From Callorhinchus milii (lineage: Eukaryota), in the NCBI RefSeq assembly GCF_018977255.1, contig NW_024704743.1, positions 44,642,001 to 44,706,000 of the forward strand: a stretch of DNA of 64,000 nt, given 5' to 3'. This document shows, in pieces, positions 25,235-38,569 of this stretch (the first letter of the stretch is position 1; each line of letters opens with the position of its first letter). The position numbers and the translations under genes were made by a program. Below the pieces are notes generated by a model. The model was not told where the DNA came from and made no database searches. It was given only the letters and a program-made list of their open reading frames with translations.

Positions 25235-26100
25235 TGCATTGTCACCCACCATATTTGATGTGTCCATCAATGATGTACAGGTATTAGATGACATTGAGAG
25301 GAATGGACCTTGTACTAGAATTATTGCACTTCTATTTGCAAATGGTGTTTGCTGTTGGCAGACTGATCTGGGGATCTTGGGCAATGCATGCAATATCTTG
25401 AACATTGACGGGGTCATTCAATGGCACATAATGGTGGATATCCCCAAGTGTGGTATTTATGACTCTGAACAGTTTGAGACAGGACCTTGAAGGTTTTGAC
25501 CAGAAGATACAAAGAACATTGCCTAGTTTGTTGGTTAATTATAATATTGTGGTAGTGATGGTTGACACCAACCTTTGCTTGGACACTGTCCTGTGAGACC
25601 ATACTGAAAAGTGGGAAAGGAGTGTTCTGATCATTCTTATCTGTCTTTAGAGACAGTAAGGTCACAATTCAGGTTGGGCTTGTAGCATATAAGATGTACA
25701 TCCAAACAATTTTCCTTCATTATTCCTAGCAATGGAAGATCAGATTTCAGTCAGTCCTATGTGGTAGGCTGGTTCCTGAGCCAGGTAGTACTCCCAAGAC
25801 ATTGTTGATGGTGAGCCAAGTGGTCTGTTTCATTAGCAGGACTTGAGAAAGAAGACTATTCACTGATGGCTGTGATTCTTCCTATTCGGTTCCGGTTGAC
25901 GCGGCAAGCCAAAGCCTAATGGTCAGGTGGTCCTAGCTGAACAAGCAGCAGAAAGCTTGCACAGTCTGGGGTCTGCAAACCTGATTTCTTGGCATCCTGT
26001 GCCTAAACTCTGCAGGAGTAAATATGCAGGGCATGTTCTTCTTGCAAAATTCTTTAAATTGAAACCATATAGATGTGGAACTCAGGAATTTGATTTGGAG
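25235..26100 (-). mobile_element. Possible highly decayed CR1-group (Crack-like) LINE ORF2 fragment
   Basis: Weak APE-end-like peptide (VQAKVGVNHH) and GYPPL-like motif on the minus strand. Confidence 0.3.
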
Positions 26101-26515
26101 ACAGCCAACTGACCCCACAAAAAACAGCATCAAACTGTCCATTTATCCCTTCGTAATTGTTAGCAGTCAGAACAATAATGTAAATCAAGCCATTTAGGAA
26201 GACGAATCAGTCTGGAAAAAATAGCCAAGTACTCTTTGAAGTTGAACCAAGAAACAAAGCTCTAGATTTGGCTTCCAGCTGGCAATAGGCAACAATAAAG
26301 ACGACGGCCTCCGCGCAAGTGTTAAAATTAAAGAAGAAAGGTACACCGCTATTACCTATCCTGCAAGGAACAGTCAACAATATTCCCCTCCCTCAAATAC
26401 TCAGCCATCTGTTCCCTCCTCCAGTCTTCTCCACCCTTCACTGCAAACACAAATTAACATAAGCTGCAAGGGAAACCCACATATAAACCAACTACTGCCT
26501 TATAGTACAATGTAC

Positions 26516-26822
26516 AATAATAATAATAATCCTTGCATTTGATATAGTGCTTTTCACATCTTCTAGACGTCTTAAAATGCTTCACAGAATAGACTGTAAA
26601 GTGAATTGACTGTATATTTGTGGGCGAAATGCGGCAGCCAAATGCGCACAGCAGTGTCCCATAAACAGTCATGGATTGAAGTGACCAATTTATTTTTTTT
26701 TTTTGAGGGATTATTATCAGGTGTGTGGAGTAAGGAGACTTGTCCAAGGTTTCACCCTGCCGGGAATCGAACCCAGGTTAGAGCAAAGCGAGTGCTCTAA
26801 CCACTGAGCTGCAGGACTCCAC
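26516..26822 (-). mobile_element. SINE family A with deletion in the anticodon arm
   Basis: Head to tail match; arm replaced by ggttagagcaaagcgag. Confidence 0.92.
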
Positions 26823-27434
26823 AAGATTGGCACATAATATAGTAATAATATAATATACATAAAAATCTCAACAGGATTACAATTAACCAGCTGCAAAATA
26901 TCTAATGGAAAATAGTTCAAAAAAGGGAAATTACAAACTATTTGCAATTATCCTCTGCATTGGAACCTTCAGAAAGTGCTCCTCTGATTCCTTCCCTGGT
27001 GTTTCTCATTTTCCCCTTACTCAGAAGATTCTTGGAAAGCTTAAACAGCAAAACATGTTAAAGTCAATTGTTCCACACACCACGCCAACTAAAACACTTT
27101 AGTTGCACAGCACAAGTTCTCCCAATCTCACAGATGGCAATTCTACCAGTGACGAAAGAGACAATAGGAATAGGATTTGTGTGTATTGGTGACACTGGCC
27201 TCGTAGTACAAAAACAGCACTGCTGTGGGAGAGCTATTGTCAGTGTCATGTGTAGGATAAAAGTCCTATTCTATGGGCCTTCATAATATTACTTTTCTAT
27301 CAAGCAAAAACACGATTATGTGAAGAATTTCAATCTTACAGTGGGACCTCAACTTTCCAGTGTAATTGGGACTGGTCTTCTCAGCAGAAAATTCTTACTT
27401 AAGAAAATACTCTTTTAATTGCTTTAATAAATAA

Positions 27435-27775
27435 AATAATCCTTAGTTTTGGTATAGAGCCTTTTATGTCGTCTCAAAAGCTTCACAGGATTTACACCAC
27501 CACCTTGCATTTATAAAGGGCCCTTCATGTTGGATAATGTCTCGGAGCGCTGTACAGTGGTGTGGTTGGATGCTCATATAATGATGTGTATTTTGTAGGA
27601 GAATGTAGTAGCCAATTTGAGAATGTCAATGTCCCACAAACAGTCATGAAATGTATGACTAATTTTATCTTGTGGATTGTTAGCCAGGACACTGAAAGGT
27701 ACTCCCTTCTCTTTTTGAACAGTGCCATGAAATCTTTAACGTCCATCTGACTATCTCAACCGATGGATGGTACAA
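27435..27775 (-). mobile_element. SINE family C, decayed
   Basis: agtgccatgaaatctttaacgtccatctga Deu-like core. Confidence 0.65.
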
Positions 27776-27835
27776 GTCCTTAAAAGGTATTTGGAAAACT
27801 TAAATAGCTGAAACATGTTAAAGCCACCTTTCTAA

Positions 27836-27980
27836 TGCTGTGCGCAATTGGCTGCCGGGTTTGGCCCACAAATATACAGTCAATTCACTTTACAGTATAT
27901 TTTGTGAAGCGCTTTGAGACGTCTAGAAGACGTGAAAAGCGCTATATCAAATGAAAGGATTATTATTATTACATTATTAT
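27836..27980 (+). mobile_element. SINE 3' fragment
   Basis: Body and tail with TAGAA loop variant. Confidence 0.85.
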
Positions 27981-29784
27981 TTCTTCAAAACAGCCCATAA
28001 AAGAAATTCAAATCAAGAAAATCAGAAAATGTGAAGACTGAGAGGGTTTATATTAATGTATTTCAATGCAAGTGGAGGACACCATACCTGAATTATTAAA
28101 ATCTATTTAATATTGGTTACTATTCCTATGTGGATTGGATCCAATAACTTCATTGATCATTTCTGATTGACAATATAAATCTTTTGAAGATCAAATGCAA
28201 GGACTTTATTAAATATAACATAAAATTTGAAAAGGAAAATTATGTAGGTCACTTGACACATGGTCTATTATTTTTTCCAAACATTTACTCCCCCACATCA
28301 CAAAATTCACTTGAGCCTGATCCTAGGAATTAGATTCCCTAAAGTTACAATTCCTATCCCAAGCATAACCATACTAATTCTTTTTTAATATGAAAGGACA
28401 GTCCGGTCTTAAGGCCTAAACAATATTGGAAGAGCCACTTTTGGTTGGTTTCCCCCTCTCCTGCAGACAATCTGGTCAAGAGTTGACAACACTCGCTTCA
28501 AGAATGAAGTCTGCAAATACATAACACAAAATTTGGAGCATACACAACAGACTCGAAAATAGGGAAGGCAATATGGAATCATTGCTACAAATGCAACAAC
28601 AAGATTACATTTATATAGCGCCTTTCACGTCGGGAGGATGACCCAAGGTGCTGAATTATGTGGATTACCATACCAAAGGCACTGGTTTAAGATCAATATG
28701 GTACAGCAGTAAGATAAGGTTTCAGATGATCCACATACCCTGCAGCTCCAAGGAACTTATAGGATTCAGGGGAAAGGGAAAGAGTACTCTGACCTGGGAG
28801 TACTGCATTAGGTGTAAGTCAGATACAAATTTTGTTCTCTTGTCTCTGCCCACAAAAGTATTATACCATTTGTTAAATGCAGCACAGACAACTGGCCATT
28901 AAGGTCAAGACACATCAAGACATTTACCCACGTTTACTGCAAAATTGAAGCAAGCAAGCTACCAAGCAAGAGAAGTAGACCCGAAACGCTTAGCCATTTA
29001 TTTTTCTCTCATTGATTTCTATTATTTGGGTCATGGATTTTGTAAAATTGATGAATTTACTTCAAGCGATTGACAGGAAACACTCTTTCCCTTCCCCCAC
29101 AAGCCTTAGTAAGACCTGCAGTGTACTGCGACATGACAGTTGCTAAGTGTTAACTGGTCAGGTGGAGCACATGGTGTGGAGCAGCAGACAAACAAGCAGC
29201 AGACTGTCATATACAAGTGTACAAGTCTGGTTTACTTCTATTAAGTGCAGAGGAAGTCGCAACCGTGAAGGTAGAGGCTGGGGTGACACTTATGCATGTT
29301 TCATAAGCAGGATTTTGGTGGCTGAAATTGCATTTGATAGATAAAAAATGGGCTGCATAAAACCCCGATGTTTCATTCTGCATCTCTACTATATAAAAAA
29401 GGCCAACTACTGATGAACCAATGGATCAGATGAGCAGGCACTGGCGATACATTGAAAATATGTTGTTTGTGAGCTAAGAAGCTGCTAGTTAGAGTTTGAA
29501 AGAAATTACTGCAATATATAAAAGAGTAACTTGCAACATATGGAGTAAATTGTTTCCTAACATACTGTAAAGCAAAGTTTGGAACAGGGTTCTCAAACCT
29601 CAAATGTAGATCAAACAATCTCTGACAAAACAAACAAAATTGGCATAAAAGCTAAAGCATTTTCAGACTGGCTGATTTATAGCAGCACCTTGTGTTGCCA
29701 GTTGAGTTTTACAATTACAATTTGTGCTTTTAAATTCAGCTGTTTTTTTCGGATGGAAGTGTGTTTGTATAATATTGTTTACCC

Positions 29785-29980
29785 ATCCAAACACTCTCCC
29801 TCAATCCCTCCGCCTTGTCCCCTCTATCCCCCTTTTCAAGTCCTGCCTGAAAACCTTCCTCGTCGATCGTGCTTATGGCCCCCTCCACCACCCCCACCTG
29901 CTCACAATCAGGCTCCGCCACTGTTAAGCGCTCTGAGATGCTACTCTGCATGGAGGGCACTGTATAAGTGCTAGTTGGTG
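29785..29980 (+). mobile_element. L2 3' fragment, alternative tail subfamily
   Basis: Ends gcgctctgagatgctactctgcatggagggcactgtataagtgc, like 56421-56490 reversed. Confidence 0.75.
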
Positions 29981-30372
29981 TACAATGGTAGTTACTGGAG
30001 GTGAAGTTAAGCAGAGCAAGAGTCACAAAATAAAGCCACAAAGTAGCTGGAAATGTTAAATTCCTGGAGCAAGAGATGCCGGGTTTCAGAGTGACCGAAT
30101 GTAAAGAATTCTGCAAACAACAGAAAATGCATTGACGCTGAATGCACAAATCAGGAAAAAAAAGCACAACACTAGTCATTGAGACATCTTGATAATATGA
30201 TAACACACTATAACAAATTCAATGATTATTATATTTTTCTGAAAAATCTCAGGACAAATATTTAATATAAGAATACAACTTTGGTCTTCAACTTTATGCT
30301 GCGAAATATAAACTGTGGAACTACTGATACTGAACAACTAGAATAAGATAATGCAAAACAATGAATAAAACA

Positions 30373-30930
30373 ATAATAATAATTATTGCATTTGATATAG
30401 CACTTTTCACGTCTTCTAGACGTCTCAAAGCGCTTCACTGAATAGACGGTAAAGTGAATTGACCATATATTTGTGGGCAAAGCAATGAATAAACCCTTTT
30501 TGTCACAGATGATATTTGATGCATTTAATTGTTGCTCATTTAAAAGTAGAACCTTTTTTCCTCCCGTTTCAATTTTCCTGCACCTCAACAGGTTCAGGAT
30601 AGGCCATGAGCACAGAACTCCTTTCAACACAATTTAATAATAGTAATAATAATCCTTGCATTTGATATAGCACCTTATCATATCTTTCACAGGATATACT
30701 GTAAAGTGCAGTGACTGTGTATTTTGTGGGCAAAACACAGCAGCCATTTACCCACAGCAATGTCCCACAAACAACCATGGAGTGAGTGACAATTTTATTT
30801 GGGGGATTGTTGGCCAGGACACTAGGAGAAAGTCCTCTTTTCAAATAATGCAATGGGATTTTTAATGTACCCTTGAACAGGCAGACGGGACTTCAGTTTA
30901 ACATTTCATCTAAAGGATGAAACTGCCATT
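30373..30930 (-). mobile_element. SINE 3' fragment (30373-30480) and SINE C (30635-30930)
   Basis: Shared tails and Deu-like core. Confidence 0.75.
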
Positions 30931-33167
30931 TGGTATTTTCACATATCTCATTTAGTAGGTTCCTCACATACTGACAGAGGAGCTTGGTGCTCACTCTAAA
31001 ACGCTTTTTTTTCAAATAAGCAGGAAGTATTCACTGTCAAAAACTTCACTGTGTAAACCAGAATGTGTAAGTAGTGATGCCCTATCACCACTGTGATATG
31101 AAACTGAACCATACATAACAATAAGGTTCCACATTTAATCGCTCCTCTGCGCCAAGATAATGGATCTCCATCAATGTATCTGTGGCAGCCCCAGTATTCC
31201 TAGACTAAGAAGAGAAATTAGCCAGTTGTTCCACTCTCTGCAGGGTAAGTAAATCATGTGTAGATCTAGCGAAAGAAGGATCACGCTAGGATGTGGTGCC
31301 ATCTATGCTGGATTATTCTGCAGATGCTCACAGCTGAGCTCATGTGTTAAGAATGCTCACTTGGGCAAGGAACAATAGGGCATTTGCTTTCAGAAAAGAG
31401 AGAAAATAGTTTTTTTAAAAAAGTAGTGCTTGGAACAAGCTATTTGTAATCTACAAACAATTAGTGGTAGCTTGGCGTCTGGTGAGTACTAATATAAATT
31501 GTTACTTAACGGGTACACTTCTGCAACAATAGAGAAGCAGTAATGTTTTTATGTTAAATTCAGAAAATGTGTGCACTGTTAACAAACTATTTCAGCTGTT
31601 GAAGGCATTACTACAGACAAGATAGCTGAATGCCCATTGCCAGCACTATTGGTTTTGCTGTAGCTGTAAATGCCTCGAAGGTCAAAATAATATAAATAGT
31701 GTGTCCCATATATAAACTGGGCTTTCAACTGCACGCTTGCCACTGACTCAATGGAGCTCTAGAAAAAGATAATGGGTCTGAGGAATCTCAGATCCCTTCT
31801 CAACTGCAATCTAGAACATCTTTGAGCAATAATCTTCAAATTGCTTGCAACAGTTTCTAATCTCTGTTGCAATTAAATAGTGTGCATGCAGCTCTGATTC
31901 GGATACTTTTAAGCACAGTGATGGGTTTCCGCGTGTGCCAGACACTTAGCTGACCACCCACACCCCACAAAAAAAATCAATAATTCTGCATCCAATGTAA
32001 AATTCTCTTCACATTGCAGCGCAGCAGGTAGTTTATTAATAGGAACTCACTGGTGTTTGATGAGGTTTTGGATATTCCTTGTGGTGACATTGCAAGGTCT
32101 AAAAAGATATTTTTCCTAACTCTCAGACACACAAGAAAAGCAATAAGGAGTAAGTCAATAACAGTAAGCGTAACAGTCAACAGTAAGTCAGCAATCACAA
32201 ATCAAGACTCTTGTAACAAGAATTTTCTGTACAGTTTTAATCTATTAATACATGGTTCAAATATTCAATTAGGAAAGAAGATGATCAAATATTTGACCAC
32301 CTACAGTAGCATTGTCAATTTCCACTCCCAAACCTACTTTCTTATCTCATTTAAGAACACCGATACTGATCTTTAAATAACAGCAGAACTTCCTTTTTAG
32401 AAGTGGGGTTGACCTTTTGATTACAGTGTGACAAACATATAAACCCCTCGCTTAGGATTAATAATACTCGATGAATCAGACACAAGTGATAGTCTGCACA
32501 AAGCATGGGATATAAATCATATCCCACAGGCTCTTCGTGATGTATTCTGTTTATATCAAATGTTAAACATTAACCTGTAAAAAGGTTGGGAAGATGGGTT
32601 TAATGAAGCACTGGATTCCTTTGTGGTTTGGTTCCAGTATAGCTGGAGGCAGTGAGAGTGCTAATTAATCTATAGTTGGTTGCATGGCGCGGGTTCACAA
32701 AATGCTCTGTTTTAAAAGCTGAATGTGAACACAGATCCCAGAGATCAAAAGACAGTATTCATGCCAGGAGGACATGCCTACCAATTCACACTTGTGGAAT
32801 GGCAAATTGTTGTTTACAACCAACCATTCACCAACTGAATACACAGTCAGTACATGTTACACTAACTCCTGTGAAGTGCTTTGAGATGTTCTTCCAAAGT
32901 GAAAGTTGCTACATAAAATTCAAGAATTGTTATTATTCCATATGATTATCAGAATTCCTTCCATTCCATGAGACAAAGAGAAAAATTAAATTTACATTCA
33001 GAAACCCCCTTCACATGGGATTTTCACTCTTCAAGTCTGGCGATTTCTTACCTGCTCCCCCACCCTCACCGCCCAGCTGCTTCATAGTTCATTCTGAGCA
33101 GATCTTTAGTTCTTAAAAACCAGTAACTTCCATAAAACCAGTATCTTCTGCTAAGATCAGTAAAAGG

Positions 33168-33583
33168 CTGCTCAATTGGTAGTACTCTCAGAAGATTTTG
33201 GGTTCAAGTCCCATCTCAGGACTTTGAACTCATATATTCTTGGTTGACATTCCAATATAGTGCTGGGGGCGTGCTGCATTATTGGAGGTGCAGTCCTTCA
33301 GATGAGACAATAAACCACAGTCTCATCTGCCTCTTCAAGTGGATGTTAAAGATCCCATGACACTATTCAAAAAGAAAATTAAGTTTCTTCCTGTGTCCTG
33401 GCCAAGCAATCCCCCAAATATAATTTGTTATTCGCTTCATGGCTGTTTTGGGGACATTGTTTTGGCAAATTGGCTGCCACTTACTCCTAAAAATACAGTC
33501 ATTACACTTTAGATACATCTCATTTTGAGATGTCCTCCTGGCATGAAAGCCACTATATCAAATGACAGGAATATGATTATTAT
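33168..33583 (+). mobile_element. SINE family C, near full length (SacSINE1/DeuSINE-like)
   Basis: Head ggttcaagtccca, ggaggtgcagtccttcagatgag, gtggatgttaaagatcccatg, shared tail. Confidence 0.8.
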
Positions 33584-33651
33584 AAACATTCCAGTCTCAT
33601 TTCAGACACATAAATTATAAAAGTGTGAACTTTCCTTATGACTGTGCCTGT

Positions 33652-34238
33652 TCTCTCCTCGTCGGCCTTCCCGGCACCTCCCTCCACAAGCTGTAGGTCA
33701 TTCAGAACTCTGCAGCTCGTGTACTGTCCCGCACCAGGCTTCGGGACCACATCACTCCCACCCTCGCTCGCCTCCACTGGCTCCCCATCCCCCAGAGGAT
33801 CGAATTCAAGATCCTCATCCTCACCTACAAGGCCATTCACGGCCTCGCTCCCTCCTACCTCTCCGACCTACTATTCCCCTACTTACCTGCCCATACCCTC
33901 CGTTCCTCCGGCTCCGGTCTGCTCCACATCCCCCGCCCCAACCGCCCTACCATCGGTGGCCGGGCCTTCAGCCTCTCAGCCCCGAGGCTCTGGAACTCTA
34001 TCCCCCAGTGCCTTGCTTCCTCCCTTTCCTCCTTCAAGGCCGGTCTCAAAACCTTTCTCTTCAGCCATGCCTTCAGCTCCCCTCTCGACGCTCTACCCCC
34101 TCCTCGCTCCCTCCCTTCCCTCCCCTCACCCTGACCATTTCTCCCCCTTGCTCGGGTCCCGACCCAACTGTCCAGGGCCTTGGGACGTCCTCCCGACGTG
34201 AAAGGCACTCTATAAATGCAATGTTGTTGTTGTTGTTG
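33652..34238 (+). mobile_element. Young L2 3' fragment
   Basis: LHWLP/IEFKIL region, CpG-rich, (TTG)n tail; nearly identical to 36006-36444. Confidence 0.95.
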
Positions 34239-34572
34239 CATGAGCAATGTAGCAACTGCAACAAATATAAAATGTTATCAAACTTGAGGAAAAAAATAAA
34301 ATATAGCTCTACTATATGGTAAAAAAAGAGACAAAGGAAACGTTGTGCAACAGGAGTTTGAAAATTAATAGTGAAATAACACAATGACCAAGTGCTGGTC
34401 CTGAGCTCATTCCATTCTAGCAAAGACCACCCCATAGAACAAGGTTTCTGGAAATCCTGGAAAAGTCTTTGAAGCACTGTTATGGTTCCTCACTTAAGAA
34501 TGCTGGTACTCTGGCTTTGAAGTACTCCACGACAGTTTGAAGGAGAAACTCCTCAGAGACACAACAAATGCA

Positions 34573-34924
34573 TTCCTGTAGCCTAGAGGTTAGTACAATT
34601 GCCTCACAAGTGAGAGGACTCAGTTCGATTCCCGGATGATATGATACCTTAGGCAGATTTCCTTACTCCACACGCCTCTGTTTAACTAGCAGTAAGTAGA
34701 AACCTGGTTGTTAGTGGTTGGTGGATCCCTTTCCGGGGTTAATAATCTCTGCAAACAAATTTGGTAACTCAATGCTGTTTATGGGACACTGCTGTGTGCA
34801 ATTGGCTGCTGTGTTTTGCCCACAAAATATACAGTCAATCCACTTTACAATATATTCTGTGAAGAGCTTTGAGGCATCTCAACAACATGATGAGGCACTA
34901 TATCAAATGCAAAGGTTATTATTA
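34573..34924 (+). mobile_element. SINE family B, near full length
   Basis: tRNA-like head, central segment, body, tail. Confidence 0.85.
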
Positions 34925-35854
34925 CTGTGGTACATTTCCTGTTAGTATATGGAGGTTAAATGAACAGTAGGTAAATTCACTGAGTGGTTCAGGCTCCAGA
35001 CAGAAAGCTCTCCCAGTCTATCTTGCTGGCATGTTATAACTTGGAGATGTGTCTTTGCCCTAAAAAGATTTTTTATACCGCTGTAGTTATATAAGTCACA
35101 CTGTTTGGTGTGCTTATTCTTGATTTTGATCACTAATTAATTCATCATGTCTGCATTATAAAAATAGCCTGTTTCAGTGTTCTCCTTATGTATGAGCATA
35201 TGGAACAGCTACCTCCTTGACCACTGAACTAAAGACCTGCTAATACTGCACTGAATGAATAAATCACTAGACTTTAAGCGTGAAAAAATAAGGGGATATG
35301 GCCACTGAGTGTTATTTTTCCCATCGGATAAAAATATAATTTACCTTCAAATACAAAGTCAGTACATGTTACAGTAAATCCTGTGAAAGTTTTATCCGGA
35401 TATCTTGATAAGGTGGTACGGTATTATAACAAATATATTGATATATTAACAAATATATTAATAACAATAATGATAATTATTATGATCTGTGATGAAATTC
35501 AAACAATCTTCTTTCTACAGATAGGTTCATAAACTACATTTTTAATTAGAAAAGAAACACATTGGCCTTTTGCAGCATCTTAGATTTTTGCATGAGGCAC
35601 ATGCACAGCAATTCAACAGAAACTCCAGTAAAAACAAACGTAATTTGCCTAAGTGACATACATTAATTCAAATTAATAAACATTTCAGATTAGCCCTCAA
35701 GAAACAACCAAATGCAATCTTTCTAAAAGATATTTTTTTAAAAAAAAAGACTCCACGTCTATTGAAAGTTCAACAACCTGGTATTATTGCAAGCTGAAAT
35801 AATAATAATCTTGAGAATATTATTCTTGAGGGAATAATACTGCCTCAAGAAAAA

Positions 35855-36490
35855 TAAATAAATAAATTGGAAACTTCAATCCACAACTGTTTGTGGTACA
35901 CTGCTGTGTGTAATTGGCTGCCACATTTTGCACACAAATATACAATAAATTTGCTTTACAGTATATTTTGTGAAGCGCTTTGAGATGTCTAGAACTCAAG
36001 TTCTAGAATTCAAGATCCTCATCCTCACCTACAAGGCCATTCACGGCCTCGCTCCCTCCTACCTCTCCGACCTACTATCCCCCTACCTACCTGCCCGTAC
36101 CCTCCGTTCCTCTGGCTCCGGTCTGCTCCACATCCCCCGCCCCAACCGCCCTACCATCGGTGGCCGGGCCTTCAGCCTCTCAACCCCGAGGCTCTGGAAC
36201 TCTATTCCCCAGTGCCTTCGCCGCCTCCTCCCTTTCCTCCTTCAAGGCCGGTCTCAAGACTTTTCTCTTTGATCGTGCCTTCAGCTCCCCTCTCGACTCT
36301 CTACCCCCTCCTCGCTCCCTCCCTCCCCTCCCCTCACCCTGACCATTTTCCCCTTGCTCGGGTCCTGACCCAACTGTACAGCGCCTTGGGACGTCCTCCC
36401 GACGTGAAAGGCGCTCAATAAATGGAATCTTGTTGTTGTTGTTGTAGAACACGTGAAAAGTGCTATATCAAATGTAAGGAATATTATTAT
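35855..36490 (+). mobile_element. SINE body interrupted by L2
   Basis: gagatgtc-tagaac [L2] tagaac-acgtgaaaagtgc. Confidence 0.85.
36006..36444 (+). mobile_element. Young L2 3' fragment with 6-bp target-site duplication TAGAAC
   Basis: Duplication at 35990-35995 and 36445-36450. Confidence 0.95.
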
Positions 36491-37138
36491 AAGTAAATAT
36501 GTAAATGAGGGAAACAGTAAAATCACAAGGGATTTGTAACAGATTTTATCTCCACACGTGAAACAAAATTGTTCCAATGCCAAGCTTCAGCAGAGCATGT
36601 TAAAAGATGCAAATTCACAGTGTGCTGGACACAGCCGGAGAGCCCATTGCAAGTCATTGGTCCACAATATATCTATTTCTTTTGCCGTGTCCACTGCACT
36701 CATATATTTCAGTCCAAATAAAAATGAAACAAACACATATGAGAAAACATTCATTGCAAGCAAACAGCAGAAGTGTGTGTGTGTGTGGGGGGGGGGGGGG
36801 TGAGGGGAAAATCAAATTTCCCCATTGCTTGACCTCAGATTAAAGTTCTAATGCTATAGCAAAACTGACTCTTTACCAAGTCTTAGATCAGTCAAAGTAG
36901 TCAGAAAAATTAGGAGCGTCACATGTTGACCTGTCTAGTTTCCTAATTTCATGATATCGCTTCAGTTCATTGGCCTTTTTGCAGCATCTTAGATTTTTGC
37001 AAAAAAAAGTCCTATGCTGCCATTAACACATAACCACAACCACACGAGGTACGTTTCAAATGGTAGCTGCAGTCCTCAATTTAAACACAGAATTACACAG
37101 AACATTATAGTATAGCACAGAAACTGGGTCATTCAGCC

Positions 37139-37436
37139 AATAATAATAAATAATAATAATAATAATCCTTGCATTTGATATAGCGCTTTTCACGTCGGGA
37201 GGACGTCCCAAAGCGCTTCACAGAACACACTGTAAAGTGAATTGACTGTATATTTGTGGGCGAACGCGGCAGCCAATTGCGCACAGCAATGTCCCACAAA
37301 CAGTCGTAGATTGAAAATGACCAATTTAATTATTGTTTTTGGTTTTTTGGAGGGATTATTATTAGGCGTGTGGAGTAAGGAAACTTGCCCAAGGTTTCGC
37401 CCTGACTGGAATTGAACTCAGGTCTCTCACTTGTAA
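37139..37436 (-). mobile_element. SINE family A, head truncated
   Basis: Near-identical to 14206-14490. Confidence 0.93.
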
Positions 37437-37814
37437 GTCCATGCTGGTGTTTATACCCCCAACAAGCCCCACCTTTTCTATTCCCCTTGATTCCCTTCTC
37501 CCTCATGTATGCACCAAGTTTCCTTTTAAATATCGTAATGTATTTCACTTCAACCACAGCTTCCAGGAGTGAGATCCACATACAATGGTAGCAATACAAA
37601 GCAGTGTCCATCGTTTGTAACTATACAGTACATGGAATTTGAGCTGGCTGATTTTCGGTAGCTAAGTATTGTTCTTAAATACACACTGTACTCTACCTGA
37701 TATTGAAGAGGAAATCCTAAGGCACTAAGGAAATTAAACTAATATTTCCTCAACAATGGGAATTAGGCCAATATTCCCTGAACATTGGGGATTAGGCCAA
37801 TATTCCCAATCCAA

Positions 37815-38315
37815 TTCCTTGCTGTTCATAGTACAGAAACAGCCTTAGTCAAAGTTACAAATGATATTCTACCTTTTTGTGACCAGGGCTCTCTCTGTCT
37901 TCTCATCCTTCTTGATTTCTCCGCTGCCTTTGACACTGTTGACTACTGTATTCTTCTCCACGTTCTCTCCTCTCAGCTCTACCTTCATTGTTGTAGTCTT
38001 ACCTGGTTCCATTCTTTCCTTTCCCATCATCTCCGCTTTGTTTCCACCAATAGCTTCTCCTCTAGTCACTATCGGAGGTTGAGTCTTCAGCCTTTCTGCT
38101 CTCACCCTCTGAAACTCCATCCCAGCGTCCCTCCACTTCACCCCCTCCCTTGCTCCTTCAAGGCCTGTCTCAAGACCTTCCTTTTCGACTGTGCTTTTGA
38201 TCATCTTTCCTCCTCCACCCCTTTGATCCCAACCAGCAAAACCCTTATTGTCCAGCGCCTTGGGATGTCCACCCAATGTGAAAGGTGCTACATAAATGCA
38301 ATTTATTGTTGCTAT
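37815..38315 (+). mobile_element. L2 with large internal deletion
   Basis: HSTETALVKVTND...LLDFSAAFDTVD joined to the 3' end. Confidence 0.9.
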
Positions 38316-38569
38316 TGAACCAAGGTATTTGCTACCAAGGCACACTGAAATACTGAGATTTTTGTACTGGTGCAGTTTAAAGGTGACGCAGTCGTGACCA
38401 TTTAGGGTATATGTGTGTGTGGGTGTGTGGGTGTGGGGGTGGGGGGGGGGGGGGCATATTGAGTAGGATATAGCCAGCAATGGAATGTCCGCAATCTTAT
38501 AATTAGCACATACAGTACCATATTTTTCACCCCATAGTTTGTTGTCCACAACTGCACATTGTATAAGCA

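Noticed and set aside
28960..29015. Penelope or hammerhead ribozyme remnant (gacccgaaacg)
   Set aside because: No intact CTGANGA core; too short
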